Notes: generated by a model not told the origin, from the sequence alone. 64,000 nucleotides of DNA from an uncultured Desulfarculus sp. (GCA_963665125.2 CAXXUK010000001.1:1376001-1440000), one strand, 5' to 3'. Positions 9,833-19,893 are shown, numbered from the stretch's first letter. Made by a program: numbers and translations.

Positions 9833-10963
9833 ATGAGCAACACGCCGGACCCCGTGGAAATAGCCCAAGGGCTGATTCGCATCAACAGCATCAACCCGCC
9901 CGGCGGCGAGGAGGCCGCGGCCCGCTACGTGGGCCAGATGATGGCCGATGCCGGGCTCAAGGTCGAATACGCCTATCTGGCCGAAAACCGGGCCGGAGTC
10001 GTGGCCGCGCTGAGCGGGAACCAACCCGGACCGGTATTGGTGTTCACCGGCCATCTGGACACGGTGCCCCTGGGCACGGCCCAGTGGAGCTTTGACCCCC
10101 ACGGCGGCGAAATCGTCGACGGTTGTCTGCGGGGCCGGGGGGCCAGCGACATGAAAAGCGGCATCGCGGCCATGACCGCAGCGGCCCTTGAGCTGGCGAA
10201 AGGGCCCAACGGCCGGGGCGAAATCATCTTCGCCTTCACTGCCGGCGAGGAAACAGGCTGCGACGGGGCCTGGCAAATGGTTAACAGCCATGCCGTGCCC
10301 GCCAGGGCCGACGCATTGGTGGTGGCCGAGCCTTCGGGCATGCAGCCGTTTCTGGGGCACAAGGGCGCCTTGTGGCTGGAATGCCTTGCCCGGGGCAAGT
10401 CGGCCCACGGCTCCATGCCCGACAAGGGTGAAAACGCCATTTACAAGGCGGCAAGGGCCGCGGCCGGGCTGGAGCATTTCTTCAGCGATCCGGCTGAGCA
10501 CGCCCAATTGGGCAAGCCCACCATCAACGTGGGCACCTTCAGCGGCGGCAGCAAGATCAACATGGTGCCGGACCAGGCCATGTTCCAGGTGGACCTGCGC
10601 ACCGTGCCCGGGCAAAATCATGGCGAACTTATTGAGCAAATCAAGCTTCGCATGGGCCCGGATATCGCGGTCAAGCAGCTAATCGACCTGCCCGGCTTCC
10701 TGACCCCGGCCGACGACCCCTGGATCACCGGCATACTAAAAATCATGCAGCGCATCCAGGGAGGTCAGCCAACGCCCGGTTACGTTAATTTCTTCACCGA
10801 CGCTTCAGTGCTCAAGCCGTCTCTTGGCGACCCGCCGACCATAGTGCTTGGCCCTGGAGACCCCGGCCAGGCCCACCAGACCGACGAGTTCTGTCCCGTG
10901 GACCAAATCAGGCAGGCAGCCCAAGTGTATGTGGAAATAGCGCGGCAGTGGCTGGGCGTCTAG
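9833..10963 (+). CDS. M20 family metallo-amidohydrolase (ArgE/DapE-like)
   Basis: GHLDTVP, GRGASDMK, GEE, AEP, SAHGSMP and AHQTDE metal-binding motifs. Confidence 0.9.
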   Translation: MSNTPDPVEIAQGLIRINSINPPGGEEAAARYVGQMMADAGLKVEYAYLAENRAGVVAALSGNQPGPVLVFTGHLDTVPLGTAQWSFDPHGGEIVDGCLRGRGASDMKSGIAAMTAAALELAKGPNGRGEIIFAFTAGEETGCDGAWQMVNSHAVPARADALVVAEPSGMQPFLGHKGALWLECLARGKSAHGSMPDKGENAIYKAARAAAGLEHFFSDPAEHAQLGKPTINVGTFSGGSKINMVPDQAMFQVDLRTVPGQNHGELIEQIKLRMGPDIAVKQLIDLPGFLTPADDPWITGILKIMQRIQGGQPTPGYVNFFTDASVLKPSLGDPPTIVLGPGDPGQAHQTDEFCPVDQIRQAAQVYVEIARQWLGV

Positions 10964-10990
10964 TGGGCGCGGTTAGGCCCGGTCTTGCCT

Positions 10991-11602
10991 TTAGCCGGTG
11001 ACCAGTTTCCTGGCGCCGGAGGAAAAAACATTGAATCTCATACCCAGAATCCGCAGATGGGTGACTGTTCCGCGTTGGATGAAGCCGACCTTTTTGGCGT
11101 AATTGCGCGAAGGGATGTTATCCTCTCTGATCAGGGTGAAAATCCGGCGGTAACCGTTGGCGTGCAGCCATTCGGACATCAAAATATAAGAACTGGACAT
11201 TATGTTTTTACCCCGGTAATCCGGGCGGACCCAGCTCTTGTAGGTAAAAGCGCAATCGCCAGATATTTTAATAAATTTGTCCTGCACCACCTGCAATTCG
11301 CCCAGGGACACCCAAACGTAGAACACAACATCTTCACCGTATCTGCCCAGAACGACCTTGTCTCCGGCCGCAAGCCGTTTTCGGGAATAGCGAAGGCTTG
11401 ACTCATCGTAGTCCATATCCGGCATTTCCAGGTAACCGAGGTCGTCTTCCGTACCGAAATAAAATTCAAAACCAGCTAATCCGGGCTTTTGGTCGTTGAC
11501 CTTATCAACATCGACGCAATAAAAAATCTCGGCGCTGCGGCTAAATGCGAATTGCCTGATTTTCCACAGGTGCAGTCCGCTGACAATTGATTTCAGATTC
11601 AT
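10991..11602 (-). CDS. GNAT family N-acetyltransferase
   Basis: VRPDYRGKN acetyl-CoA motif and NIPSRNYAKKVGF. Confidence 0.75.
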   Translation of the reverse strand: MNLKSIVSGLHLWKIRQFAFSRSAEIFYCVDVDKVNDQKPGLAGFEFYFGTEDDLGYLEMPDMDYDESSLRYSRKRLAAGDKVVLGRYGEDVVFYVWVSLGELQVVQDKFIKISGDCAFTYKSWVRPDYRGKNIMSSSYILMSEWLHANGYRRIFTLIREDNIPSRNYAKKVGFIQRGTVTHLRILGMRFNVFSSGARKLVTG

Positions 11603-11700
11603 GGTTTCACTCCGGAATGTTTATTATTCACAAAGAGTCCGGTGATTATCCCCTTCATCAACTATTTTGCCGACTAAACTGGCGCCCAATTTTCCAAGCG

Positions 11701-12810
11701 TTAACCACGCAATCTGGCCTTGGCTTTTTGGGCCATTTGTTCCAACGTCAATTGCAATCGTTTTTGCTGTATTACATACCACTGCATCAATTTGCTATCA
11801 GTGGAAAGACTCCTCTTATATTCGGAGTCACCAGCCATGAAATCAAATATCTTGTAGCCCTGGGCCGCGTTGTAGGGAATCGCCAAGGCAAGGGAAACAA
11901 TCCCCGGTGAATTGGCAAAACGTTCGTAATTGAATCCGTTCTGGTAATGGTATACCACACCTTGATAGACAAAATTATAGATACAACCCAGAGTTTCCTC
12001 ACCGCAAAGAATGTGCAGAAGCTGGATTTCCCCGGCATCGAAACGCCTTTCGATTAGGGTTTTATGGAAGTCCGTAAACCATTCATTGGCGAACGCTCCG
12101 GGGTAGCCCCGTTTTTGCCAATACACTTGGTGCAGCCCAACCATCTCGTCAAATACGCGCATCGCCGTGGAAAGATCGCCTGCCGCCTGAAGTTGCAGAG
12201 GTCCCTGTTCGGAGAGCTTTCTCATTGACCTGCGGATATTGCGCCGGGTTTTCGGGGATAGTTTGACAATAAAGCTCTCTTCGTCCAGGTCAATGCCGCT
12301 CAGGTCAACATGACAGGCAACCAACTCTTTTTGTTTTAAAATTCGGTATTCATCAGCCAATTCATCCAGACAGTCGGCCGGAAACAACCTGCCGTCCAGG
12401 GCGGGCAGATGGAATTCGTCCCATTTTGCAGGCAGGGCAGCCAACAAGGCCCGAAGAAGGTCGGCATTTTGCCCCAAGCCGGGGATTTGATTATATTCCA
12501 GGGTCAGGCTGTCGTAGGATTCATGCCCCGTGTAATGCAGAAAATATGAATCACTGTTGACGATCAGGTGCCGGTTTTGCCTGGCATGACCCAACAAACA
12601 CGCGCAACATGCACCCTCCCCGTCCAGCTTGATCAAATCGATCTCGGCATCTAGCGGAACTTTGCTCAGCCAAAGCTCCACCCAAGGCCAGGAGAAGAAA
12701 TAGCCGTGGGGCTGGTGATTGGCTGCATCCGACCAAATCTCGCGCCACGGTTCAAATCCTTGCGACACCAGATCCCTGGTGCGTTTAAATACTTCAATGT
12801 TTGCAGTCAT
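11701..12810 (-). CDS. GNAT acetyltransferase, CelD/BcsL-like
   Basis: LSPKTRRNIRR, LHQVYW, YQNGF, SPG and FDFMAGDSEYK motifs. Confidence 0.85.
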   Translation of the reverse strand: MTANIEVFKRTRDLVSQGFEPWREIWSDAANHQPHGYFFSWPWVELWLSKVPLDAEIDLIKLDGEGACCACLLGHARQNRHLIVNSDSYFLHYTGHESYDSLTLEYNQIPGLGQNADLLRALLAALPAKWDEFHLPALDGRLFPADCLDELADEYRILKQKELVACHVDLSGIDLDEESFIVKLSPKTRRNIRRSMRKLSEQGPLQLQAAGDLSTAMRVFDEMVGLHQVYWQKRGYPGAFANEWFTDFHKTLIERRFDAGEIQLLHILCGEETLGCIYNFVYQGVVYHYQNGFNYERFANSPGIVSLALAIPYNAAQGYKIFDFMAGDSEYKRSLSTDSKLMQWYVIQQKRLQLTLEQMAQKAKARLRG

Positions 12811-13849
12811 TTTTCCTGTTTGTCGACTGGTATTCCTGCCTGGATTTGGCGGAATAATCCATCAGTTTTGGAAAATGAATGGCAGCTCGAATGTAGTTCA
12901 AGTCATCACCGGAATCAAGGCGCGGAATCTCAAAACGCTTGAGATCGCACACTTTGGACACTCCGGTATTATAGGTGAAAGCCAACTTATAACCAGCGTC
13001 TTGGGCCAAATCCAATGTTGCCTTATTGATGTGTCTAAGTCCGCCCACCGGATATGCAATTGAACGCACTTGTTGGCCCAACCTGTTTTCAATGATGACC
13101 TTTGATTTTATTATTTCTTCTGCCTGATCCACATTGCTCAGAGTCGATAAGACCCAATGATTGCAGGTATGGGAACCAATGGCGATGCCGGAATCATAGG
13201 CTTGGCGCAACTGCTCCCAGGTCATCAGTTCCTTATCCATTAACGCTTTTGATGGCGGCGGAGAGTCGGCGGCGGTGGCCAACTCGGCAACCAAATTGGC
13301 CGTGCGTTGTTTGGGCGCTGTCTTCATCAATGTTAAAAAATGGCTGATAACGCCTGGCCGGTCTGCTTCCAGGTCAAACGTTTCACCTCTGTATTCGATC
13401 CGCGGCTTTTTACTGTTTTTAATGACAAAGGCGATCTGGTCCCACCAGCCAAGATTGCGATTTTCCACCAACAATGCCGGCGCGAAAAAAATTGCCGGGA
13501 CTCCCGCTTGGTTCAGAACGGGCATGGCCAATTCGAAATTGTCGATATAGACGTCATCAAAGGTAATCATGGAATAAGGCCCCTTGCCGGTAGGACCGTT
13601 TTCCATGGCCCGCACAAGGTCGGCTTCACTCAAGACAGTGGTGTACCTGGCCAGATATTCCACGGAGCGGCGCAAGGCGTCTTGGGTCTGGCCAAAAACA
13701 CCTTCATCAAAAAGGGTATCCGGCGCGCCGCAAGCCGTGCTGATGCGGTGATAGTTGAATACATACAACAACCGGCAGTTTGCCTGCCTTGCAAGCCTGC
13801 CCAGGCCGCAACGCAAGGCTATTTCCGCCAGCAGTATCCTTTTATTCAT
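12794..13849 (-). CDS. Polysaccharide deacetylase (NodB/CE4 family)
   Basis: NYHRI, ITFDD, GSHTCNH, AYPVG. ATG 13849 has GGAGG upstream. Confidence 0.9.
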   Translation of the reverse strand: MNKRILLAEIALRCGLGRLARQANCRLLYVFNYHRISTACGAPDTLFDEGVFGQTQDALRRSVEYLARYTTVLSEADLVRAMENGPTGKGPYSMITFDDVYIDNFELAMPVLNQAGVPAIFFAPALLVENRNLGWWDQIAFVIKNSKKPRIEYRGETFDLEADRPGVISHFLTLMKTAPKQRTANLVAELATAADSPPPSKALMDKELMTWEQLRQAYDSGIAIGSHTCNHWVLSTLSNVDQAEEIIKSKVIIENRLGQQVRSIAYPVGGLRHINKATLDLAQDAGYKLAFTYNTGVSKVCDLKRFEIPRLDSGDDLNYIRAAIHFPKLMDYSAKSRQEYQSTNRKNDCKH

Positions 13850-14235
13850 CGGTTCCCCGGCCTCCAGGCTTGCCGCTATGGTCAAAAAATTCCAGTCCCC
13901 TGATAGGGATACAAACTGGCTCCCAGCTTGCAGCGTTACGGTTCATTACCATTGAATATTTGATACATCCAATTTGCATCAAACTCCAGACGTAGCGCCA
14001 AACGGCTACCCCCAGAATGCCCCAACATCGGGGGTGTAGTCGAGAAATGAATGCAAAACAAGTCGCCGAAAAGACGATTATTTTTAATACGACACGGCGG
14101 ACGGCCAACGCTTGGCCAAGTTCAATGCCCCAAAGCCGTGGCCGTCGGCCCGCCGGAATGGCCGTGTAGTAATTCCAATTGAACTTCACCATAATATGGT
14201 AAATAGAAATAAGATGTTGCATTTTCACAACAAGG

Positions 14236-15633
14236 TTGGATCGGGTGGTTAACAAACAAAGCACAGGCCTTGCCGACTATATCGGCCACATCATGGTGGT
14301 CGACGATGACAATATTACCCTGAAAAACGTGCGGCGAATCCTGGAGAAAGAAGGCCACCGGGTTTCAACATACAACAACCCGGTTCGCGCCCTTGAGTCA
14401 TTGGAAGAAAACTGTTTTGACATCCTGCTGAGCGACCTGAGCATGCCCTACCTCGACGGCCTGGAACTGCTGGAGCAGGCCAAACGGGTTCACCGGGACC
14501 TGGAAGTGATCATCATCACGGGTTTCGCCAGCCTGGACAAGGCCGTGGAGGCTACCAAAAAGGGCGCCTATCATTTTCTGGCCAAACCATTCGAGCCCAC
14601 CCAGCTGCGGGAAGTCGTCAACCAGGCCATTGATCAAAAACGCCGCCGGAACATGGCGCGCAGCATGAACACCAACGATGAGCCTGACCCCGACGCCCCC
14701 CTGATCATCGGCCAGAGCCCGCAAATGATCAGGGTAGGCGAAACCATCGCCCAGGTGGCGCCCACCGACTGCAACATCCTGCTCTCCGGCGAATCCGGCA
14801 CGGGCAAGGAGTTGGCGGCCAAGGCCATTCACGCCCAAAGCGGTCGCAACAAAGGCCCGCTGGTGGCGTTCAACTGCGCGTCTCTGAACCAGGAACTGAT
14901 GGAAAACGAACTGTTCGGCCACGAAAAAGGCGCCTACACGGGAGCGGCCGACACCAAGGCCGGCCTGTTGGAGGCGGCCCACGGCGGCACGGTCTTTTTG
15001 GATGAAATCGGCGAGATACCCCAAAGCATGCAGATCACCCTGCTCCGGGCCCTGCAGGAGCGCGAAGTCCTGCGTGTTGGCGGCACCAAACCGGTTCCAC
15101 TGGACGTGCGCATCATCGCCGCATCCGCCCGGGACCTCAAGGCGGCGGTGGAACAGGGCCTTTTCCGTAGCGACCTCTATTACAGGCTCAACGTGGTCAA
15201 TCTGAGCCTGCCGCTTTTGGCCGAACGTAAAGGCGACATCCCGCTTTTGGCCTATTACTTCCTGGACAAGTTCAAGACCCGGATGAACAAGGTCGTGCGG
15301 GGCATATCCCAGGAGGCCATGGAGTTGTTGGAGAACTATGCCTATCCTGGCAATGTCCGGGAACTGATGAACATCATGGAAAGGGCCGTTGCCTTGTGCC
15401 GGGGCGAGGTTATCATGCCCCACGACCTGCCCGGCGACCTGTCGGAACTGGAATTGAAAAGCTTTCTACAGCCAAGCAGCCAGGCCCCCACCCTGGAAGA
15501 GCTGGAGCGGCAATATGTGGAGCACGTGCTCACCCTGACCGGTGGCGTGCGCAGCAAGGCCGCCGAGATCCTGGGCATCGACCGCGTCTCCCTGTGGCGC
15601 AAGTTGAAGAAATACGGCCTGGAAGACGCCTGA
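14236..15633 (+). CDS. sigma54-dependent response regulator (NtrC/ZraR family)
   Basis: Receiver domain (VVDDD, DLSMP), [22 protein letters not shown], Fis HTH. Start may be GTG 14245. Confidence 0.93.
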   Translation: MDRVVNKQSTGLADYIGHIMVVDDDNITLKNVRRILEKEGHRVSTYNNPVRALESLEENCFDILLSDLSMPYLDGLELLEQAKRVHRDLEVIIITGFASLDKAVEATKKGAYHFLAKPFEPTQLREVVNQAIDQKRRRNMARSMNTNDEPDPDAPLIIGQSPQMIRVGETIAQVAPTDCNILLSGESGTGKELAAKAIHAQSGRNKGPLVAFNCASLNQELMENELFGHEKGAYTGAADTKAGLLEAAHGGTVFLDEIGEIPQSMQITLLRALQEREVLRVGGTKPVPLDVRIIAASARDLKAAVEQGLFRSDLYYRLNVVNLSLPLLAERKGDIPLLAYYFLDKFKTRMNKVVRGISQEAMELLENYAYPGNVRELMNIMERAVALCRGEVIMPHDLPGDLSELELKSFLQPSSQAPTLEELERQYVEHVLTLTGGVRSKAAEILGIDRVSLWRKLKKYGLEDA

Positions 15634-15662
15634 ATAGTACACCGCCGGTCAATTTCAAAAAC

Positions 15663-15768
15663 GTTACCCATCACAACACGCCGTTGCAAATTTCAACAAA
15701 TCGTTTTTTTGTTTAATTCACGGGCCGCCACGCCTTTGCCAACATGCCGGTGTTGCGTTTTGCAACAC
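15663..15768. promoter_or_regulatory. Three GTTGC-N5-GCAAC-like dyads (candidate UAS)
   Basis: GTTACCCATCACAAC (15663), GTTGCAAATTTCAAC (15683), GTGTTGCGTTTTGCAACAC (15750), upstream of a sigma54 promoter. Confidence 0.7.
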
Positions 15769-15844
15769 TTCCATCCCCGTTTCACCCCAGAGCTTGTGCA
15801 TTAATTTTCTATTGAATTCACCCCCATAGCCACAAATTGAAAAC

Positions 15845-15860
15845 TGGCCCGCTCTTTGCT
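15845..15860 (+). promoter_or_regulatory. sigma54 -24/-12 promoter
   Basis: TGGCCCGCTCTTTGCT, ending about 30 nt before ATG 15892. Confidence 0.8.
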
Positions 15861-15891
15861 CTATACCAAGGCCAGAAGAGGTGGAATTCCT

Positions 15892-16338
15892 ATGTTTCAA
15901 AGAATTCTGGTCGTGATGGAAAACCTGAGAGTCAGCCCAAGGGCCATAGCCTACGCAAGGGAATTGGCCCTGCGCATGGACGCGGAAGTGGCCCTGCTGA
16001 TGCTGGCGGATATGCCCTTTGCCCAGGGCCAGGGCCTTGCCGAAAAACGCAAGTCCCTGGGCAGGCTGACCGAACAGGCAAGCCGGGTTTTGTCCGAGAT
16101 CGGAGAGCAATATCTCCAAGCCGGCATAGCCACCAGCGCGGTTCTGCAGGTAGGCGACCAGGCCCAGGAATTGGCCAAGTTTCTGGCCAAGCATCCACCA
16201 TATCAGGTTGTCATCTGGGGCAGCGACGACCGCCTGCCCGGCGGCTCGAAAAAGCATTGGATCGGCCAGGCGGCCGCTGTTCTGGAGTGCCCCCTGCTTA
16301 CAGTCCACAGCCGAGGCGATCCTGGGGGAAAAAGTTGA
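15892..16338 (+). CDS. Universal stress protein (USP)-like
   Basis: MFQRILVV start, VIWGS and LECPLLTV end motifs. GAGG RBS. Confidence 0.85.
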   Translation: MFQRILVVMENLRVSPRAIAYARELALRMDAEVALLMLADMPFAQGQGLAEKRKSLGRLTEQASRVLSEIGEQYLQAGIATSAVLQVGDQAQELAKFLAKHPPYQVVIWGSDDRLPGGSKKHWIGQAAAVLECPLLTVHSRGDPGGKS

Positions 16339-16387
16339 CAGGTAGTGGTTTTATTCAGCGCAACAGGTTTAGTAGAGGTGAGTGCTC

Positions 16388-18196
16388 ATGCAGCCATTAA
16401 CCCCTGATATGATCATGGTCATGGTGATGATTTCCATAGCGGTGTTCCTATTCATCGTGGAATGGGTCCGGGTGGACGTTGTCGCCATTTTGATGATGGT
16501 GAGCTTGCCGTTATTGAAGCTCGTCACGCCGTCGGAGGCCTTTTCGGGCCTTAGCAGCAACGCCGTGGTGTCGATCATAGCGGTCATCATCATCGGTGCG
16601 GGCCTGGACAAGACGGGCATCATCAACAAGCTGGTGGGGCCCATCCTGCGTCTGGCCGGCAACAGCCAATCGAGAATCATAATTTTCATTTCAATGACCG
16701 TGGCAGGCATCTCCAGCTTCATGCAAAACATCGGCGCCGCGGCCCTGTTCCTGCCCGCTGTCCAGCGTATCAGTAAAAATCTGAAGATACCCATCGGCAA
16801 GCTGTTGATGCCCATCGGCTTTTCGGCCATCTTGGGCGGTACGGTCACCCTGGTCGGTTCAAGCCCACTGATCCTTTTGAACGACCTGATGGCCCCCTTC
16901 AAGCTCAAGCCTTTCGGCCTGTTTGACGTCACCCCGGTGGGTCTGGCCCTGGTGGCCGCAGGCATCGCCTGCTTCGTCCTCCTGGGCCGCTTTATCCTGC
17001 CCAGCGGCAAGGCCGAGGACCAAAAGGAAGAAGCGAGCCAGGACGACGCCGAGGGCCGTCTGACCGAATACCTGGGCATGCCAACCGAGCTGATAACCCC
17101 CGAAGATTTCACCCATTACCGCGACCCGGTCACCATCGATTCCCTGCGCCGCCGTTACCTGGTCAAGGTCGTGGCCCTGACCGAGCCGCCCGATATCAAG
17201 GTCTTCAGCCCATCGGTGGACCGGGAAATCCGCTCCGGCGTGCATCTGGCGGTTTACGGCCGGGATAAAGACATCGAGCGTATGGCCAAAGAAGAAAACA
17301 TGCAGATTCTGCCCCAGCTCGATATCTTTAAGAATGAGCTTTCGGAACATGCCAGCGGAACCGTTGAGGCGGTCGTGGCCCCCCGTTCCTACCTGGAAGG
17401 CAAGACCCTCAACCAGGCCGACTTGGCCCACCGTTTCCGGGTCGTGCCCTTGGCCGTCTACCGCCAGGGAACCACCTACCGGGCCGAGCTGGGAGAACTG
17501 CCTCTGCGGGTTGGCGACGCTATCTTGCTGCACGGCACCTGGAAACGGCTCCAAACCCTGCACGACGAGGGCGGTCTGCTGTTTACATCGCCCATCGACG
17601 CCGAGCAGATGAGGCCCGACAAGGCCCTGTTCGCCGGTCTGTGGCTGGCCATAGCCCTGGTAATGGTCATCGTGTTCAACATCCAGCTCTCGGTGTGCCT
17701 GATGACCGGCGCACTGGGCATGGTCCTCACCAGGGTTCTTTCCATCGACGAGGCCTACAACGCGGTTGACTGGCGCACCGTGTTCCTGCTGGCCGGCCTG
17801 ATTCCCCTGGGCATCGCAACCGAAAAAACCGGCGCCGCCGCCTGGATAGCCCACACCGTTCTGGGGGCAATCGGTACGGTTGAACCCATAGTTTTGCTGG
17901 CGGTCATCGGCGTATTGTCCACCGTCTTCACCCTCGTTATCAGCAACGTGGGCGCGACAGTGCTGCTGGTGCCGCTGGTTGTCAACATGGCCCTTGCCGC
18001 CGGAGCCGACCCGCGCATGGCCGCCCTTGTGGTGGGTCTGGCAACCAGCAACTCCTTTATCCTGCCGACCCACCAGGTCAACGCCCTGTACATGGGACCG
18101 GGTCGCTACAGGAGCGTTGACTTCATGAAAGCGGGATCGCTGATGAGCGTAATCTTCCTGGTTGTCATGATCGCAATGCTTTATCTGTTCTACTAA
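16388..18196 (+). CDS. SLC13/CitT-like permease with TrkA-C (RCK-C) domains
   Basis: EAFSGLS, SSFMQN, LGGTVTLVGSSP, soluble RCK-like middle region, SNVGAT, PTHQVN. Confidence 0.9.
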   Translation: MQPLTPDMIMVMVMISIAVFLFIVEWVRVDVVAILMMVSLPLLKLVTPSEAFSGLSSNAVVSIIAVIIIGAGLDKTGIINKLVGPILRLAGNSQSRIIIFISMTVAGISSFMQNIGAAALFLPAVQRISKNLKIPIGKLLMPIGFSAILGGTVTLVGSSPLILLNDLMAPFKLKPFGLFDVTPVGLALVAAGIACFVLLGRFILPSGKAEDQKEEASQDDAEGRLTEYLGMPTELITPEDFTHYRDPVTIDSLRRRYLVKVVALTEPPDIKVFSPSVDREIRSGVHLAVYGRDKDIERMAKEENMQILPQLDIFKNELSEHASGTVEAVVAPRSYLEGKTLNQADLAHRFRVVPLAVYRQGTTYRAELGELPLRVGDAILLHGTWKRLQTLHDEGGLLFTSPIDAEQMRPDKALFAGLWLAIALVMVIVFNIQLSVCLMTGALGMVLTRVLSIDEAYNAVDWRTVFLLAGLIPLGIATEKTGAAAWIAHTVLGAIGTVEPIVLLAVIGVLSTVFTLVISNVGATVLLVPLVVNMALAAGADPRMAALVVGLATSNSFILPTHQVNALYMGPGRYRSVDFMKAGSLMSVIFLVVMIAMLYLFY

Positions 18197-18215
18197 CAGA
18201 CCGGAGGGCTTGAAA

Positions 18216-19031
18216 ATGGCCATAGTCACGATTTCAAGAGGTTCCTACAGCAAGGGGCGCGAGGTTGCCCACAAAACCGCCCAACGCCTGGGCTACGAAG
18301 TGCTGAGCAGGGACGTCCTGGTGGAAGCCGCTGGTTTCTACAACATTCCGGAGGTCAAACTGGTGCGGGCGATTCACAACGCCCCGTCCATCCTGGAGCG
18401 TTTCACCCTGGGCAAGCAATCGTTTCTGGCCTGCGTGCGCAGCACCCTGGCCAACCGGGCCCTGGCCGACAACCTCGTCTACCACGGTTTGGCCGGCCAC
18501 TTGCTGCTGCGCGGCATATCCCATGTGGTCAACGTGAGGATCATAGCCGACATCGAATCCAGGGTCGCCGAAGAGATGCAACGTGAAAACATCGACCACG
18601 CCGCGGCGCTGGCCATAATCGAAAAAGACGACAACGAGCGCCGCAAGTGGACCCAGAGCCTCTACGGCGTGGACCCCTGGGATCCATCGCTGTACGACGT
18701 GATTATCAACATCAAAAACCTCACGGTGGACGACGCGGTGGACCTGGTTATCGAAACGGTAGGCCGCGACTGTTTCGATACTACCCCCGAATCTCAGCAG
18801 GCCATGGCCGACCTGTCATTGGCATGCAGCATCAAGGCGGCCCTGGTCGTGGAGGAAAACCTTGACGTTGCCGTAACCAGCGACTACGGCAATGTGCTGG
18901 TCTACACCAAGCTCGGCCAGCGGCAAACAAACCGCTTGTTGGAAAAAGTTCAGAACCTGCGGGGCCAGATCAGGGGAATAAACAATATCGAGGTGCGTAC
19001 AGGAGTGCCCTATCCGCCTTCTGCGGTTTGA
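18216..19031 (+). CDS. Cytidylate kinase-like family protein with C-terminal BON-like domain
   Basis: MAIVTISRGSYSKG, VYHGLAGH, DDNERRKW, YDVIIN; C-terminal GINNIEV. Confidence 0.8.
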   Translation: MAIVTISRGSYSKGREVAHKTAQRLGYEVLSRDVLVEAAGFYNIPEVKLVRAIHNAPSILERFTLGKQSFLACVRSTLANRALADNLVYHGLAGHLLLRGISHVVNVRIIADIESRVAEEMQRENIDHAAALAIIEKDDNERRKWTQSLYGVDPWDPSLYDVIINIKNLTVDDAVDLVIETVGRDCFDTTPESQQAMADLSLACSIKAALVVEENLDVAVTSDYGNVLVYTKLGQRQTNRLLEKVQNLRGQIRGINNIEVRTGVPYPPSAV

Positions 19032-19068
19032 TAAGGCACCCTATCCATTCCATAGAGGAGGACAAGAC

Positions 19069-19893
19069 ATGCCAGTGATTGCAATTTCAGCCGATTCCGT
19101 GGAAACGGGCCAGGAAATAAGCCAAAAGGTGGCTCAGACCCTGGGTTGGGCACACCTGGGCCGAGAGATACTGTCCAGTCTGGCCATGTCCCAAAACATA
19201 CCCGAAAGCGAACTGATAAAGGCCTTTGATGAGACTCCCGGTTTTTTCGGCATGAGAAGCCGCCGCAGAAAGCGCCTGGTCAATCTGATTCAAACAGCTT
19301 GCCTGGAAAAACTCCTGGATGACAACGTTGTCTGCTTTGGCTTGGGGGCTCACCTCTATGTCAAAGGCGTTTCCCATGCCATAAGGGTCAGAATCATCAC
19401 CGGCCACCAAAACAGGGCGGAGCAGCTCAGCAAGGCGGAAAACATGCCCGTCGAGCGGGCCGCCAAGCTGCTTGGCCGCCGGGATGAGCTCCAAAAGCGC
19501 TGGTCTCTGGACTGTTTCAATGCCGATGAAACCGATCCGGCCAACTATGACATGATCATCAACCTCGACACCATCGAACCTCAAAACGCCGTGGACCTCA
19601 TCTGCGAGACCGCGGGATACCCGCGTTTCCAGGCCATGAACTACTCTCGCAAGTGTCTGAGGGACAAGGCCCTGGCCAGCCGGGTCCACCAGGAACTCGT
19701 GGAGCGTTTTCCGGAAATACGCATCGCTGCCAACGACGGCACGGTGGTGGCCCAGGTCAAGTCGCTCAAGCGCGAACAACGGCGCAAGCAGAAGATCGTG
19801 CGTGAAATCGCCGAGCAGGTTCCCGGCGTTGATTTCGTTGAAGTGCATATCATCAGCGACTATTTCGGCCAGGCTGCCGAAAGCGGAAAGTAG
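19069..19893 (+). CDS. Second cytidylate kinase-like protein with BON-like domain
   Basis: Paralogue of the previous ORF (VIAIS, GVSHAIRVRI, YDMIIN, VPGVDFVEV). Confidence 0.8.
   Translation: MPVIAISADSVETGQEISQKVAQTLGWAHLGREILSSLAMSQNIPESELIKAFDETPGFFGMRSRRRKRLVNLIQTACLEKLLDDNVVCFGLGAHLYVKGVSHAIRVRIITGHQNRAEQLSKAENMPVERAAKLLGRRDELQKRWSLDCFNADETDPANYDMIINLDTIEPQNAVDLICETAGYPRFQAMNYSRKCLRDKALASRVHQELVERFPEIRIAANDGTVVAQVKSLKREQRRKQKIVREIAEQVPGVDFVEVHIISDYFGQAAESGK

Noticed and set aside
14052..14068. sigma54-like element for the deacetylase gene
   Set aside because: GG-to-GC spacing is 11, not 10.
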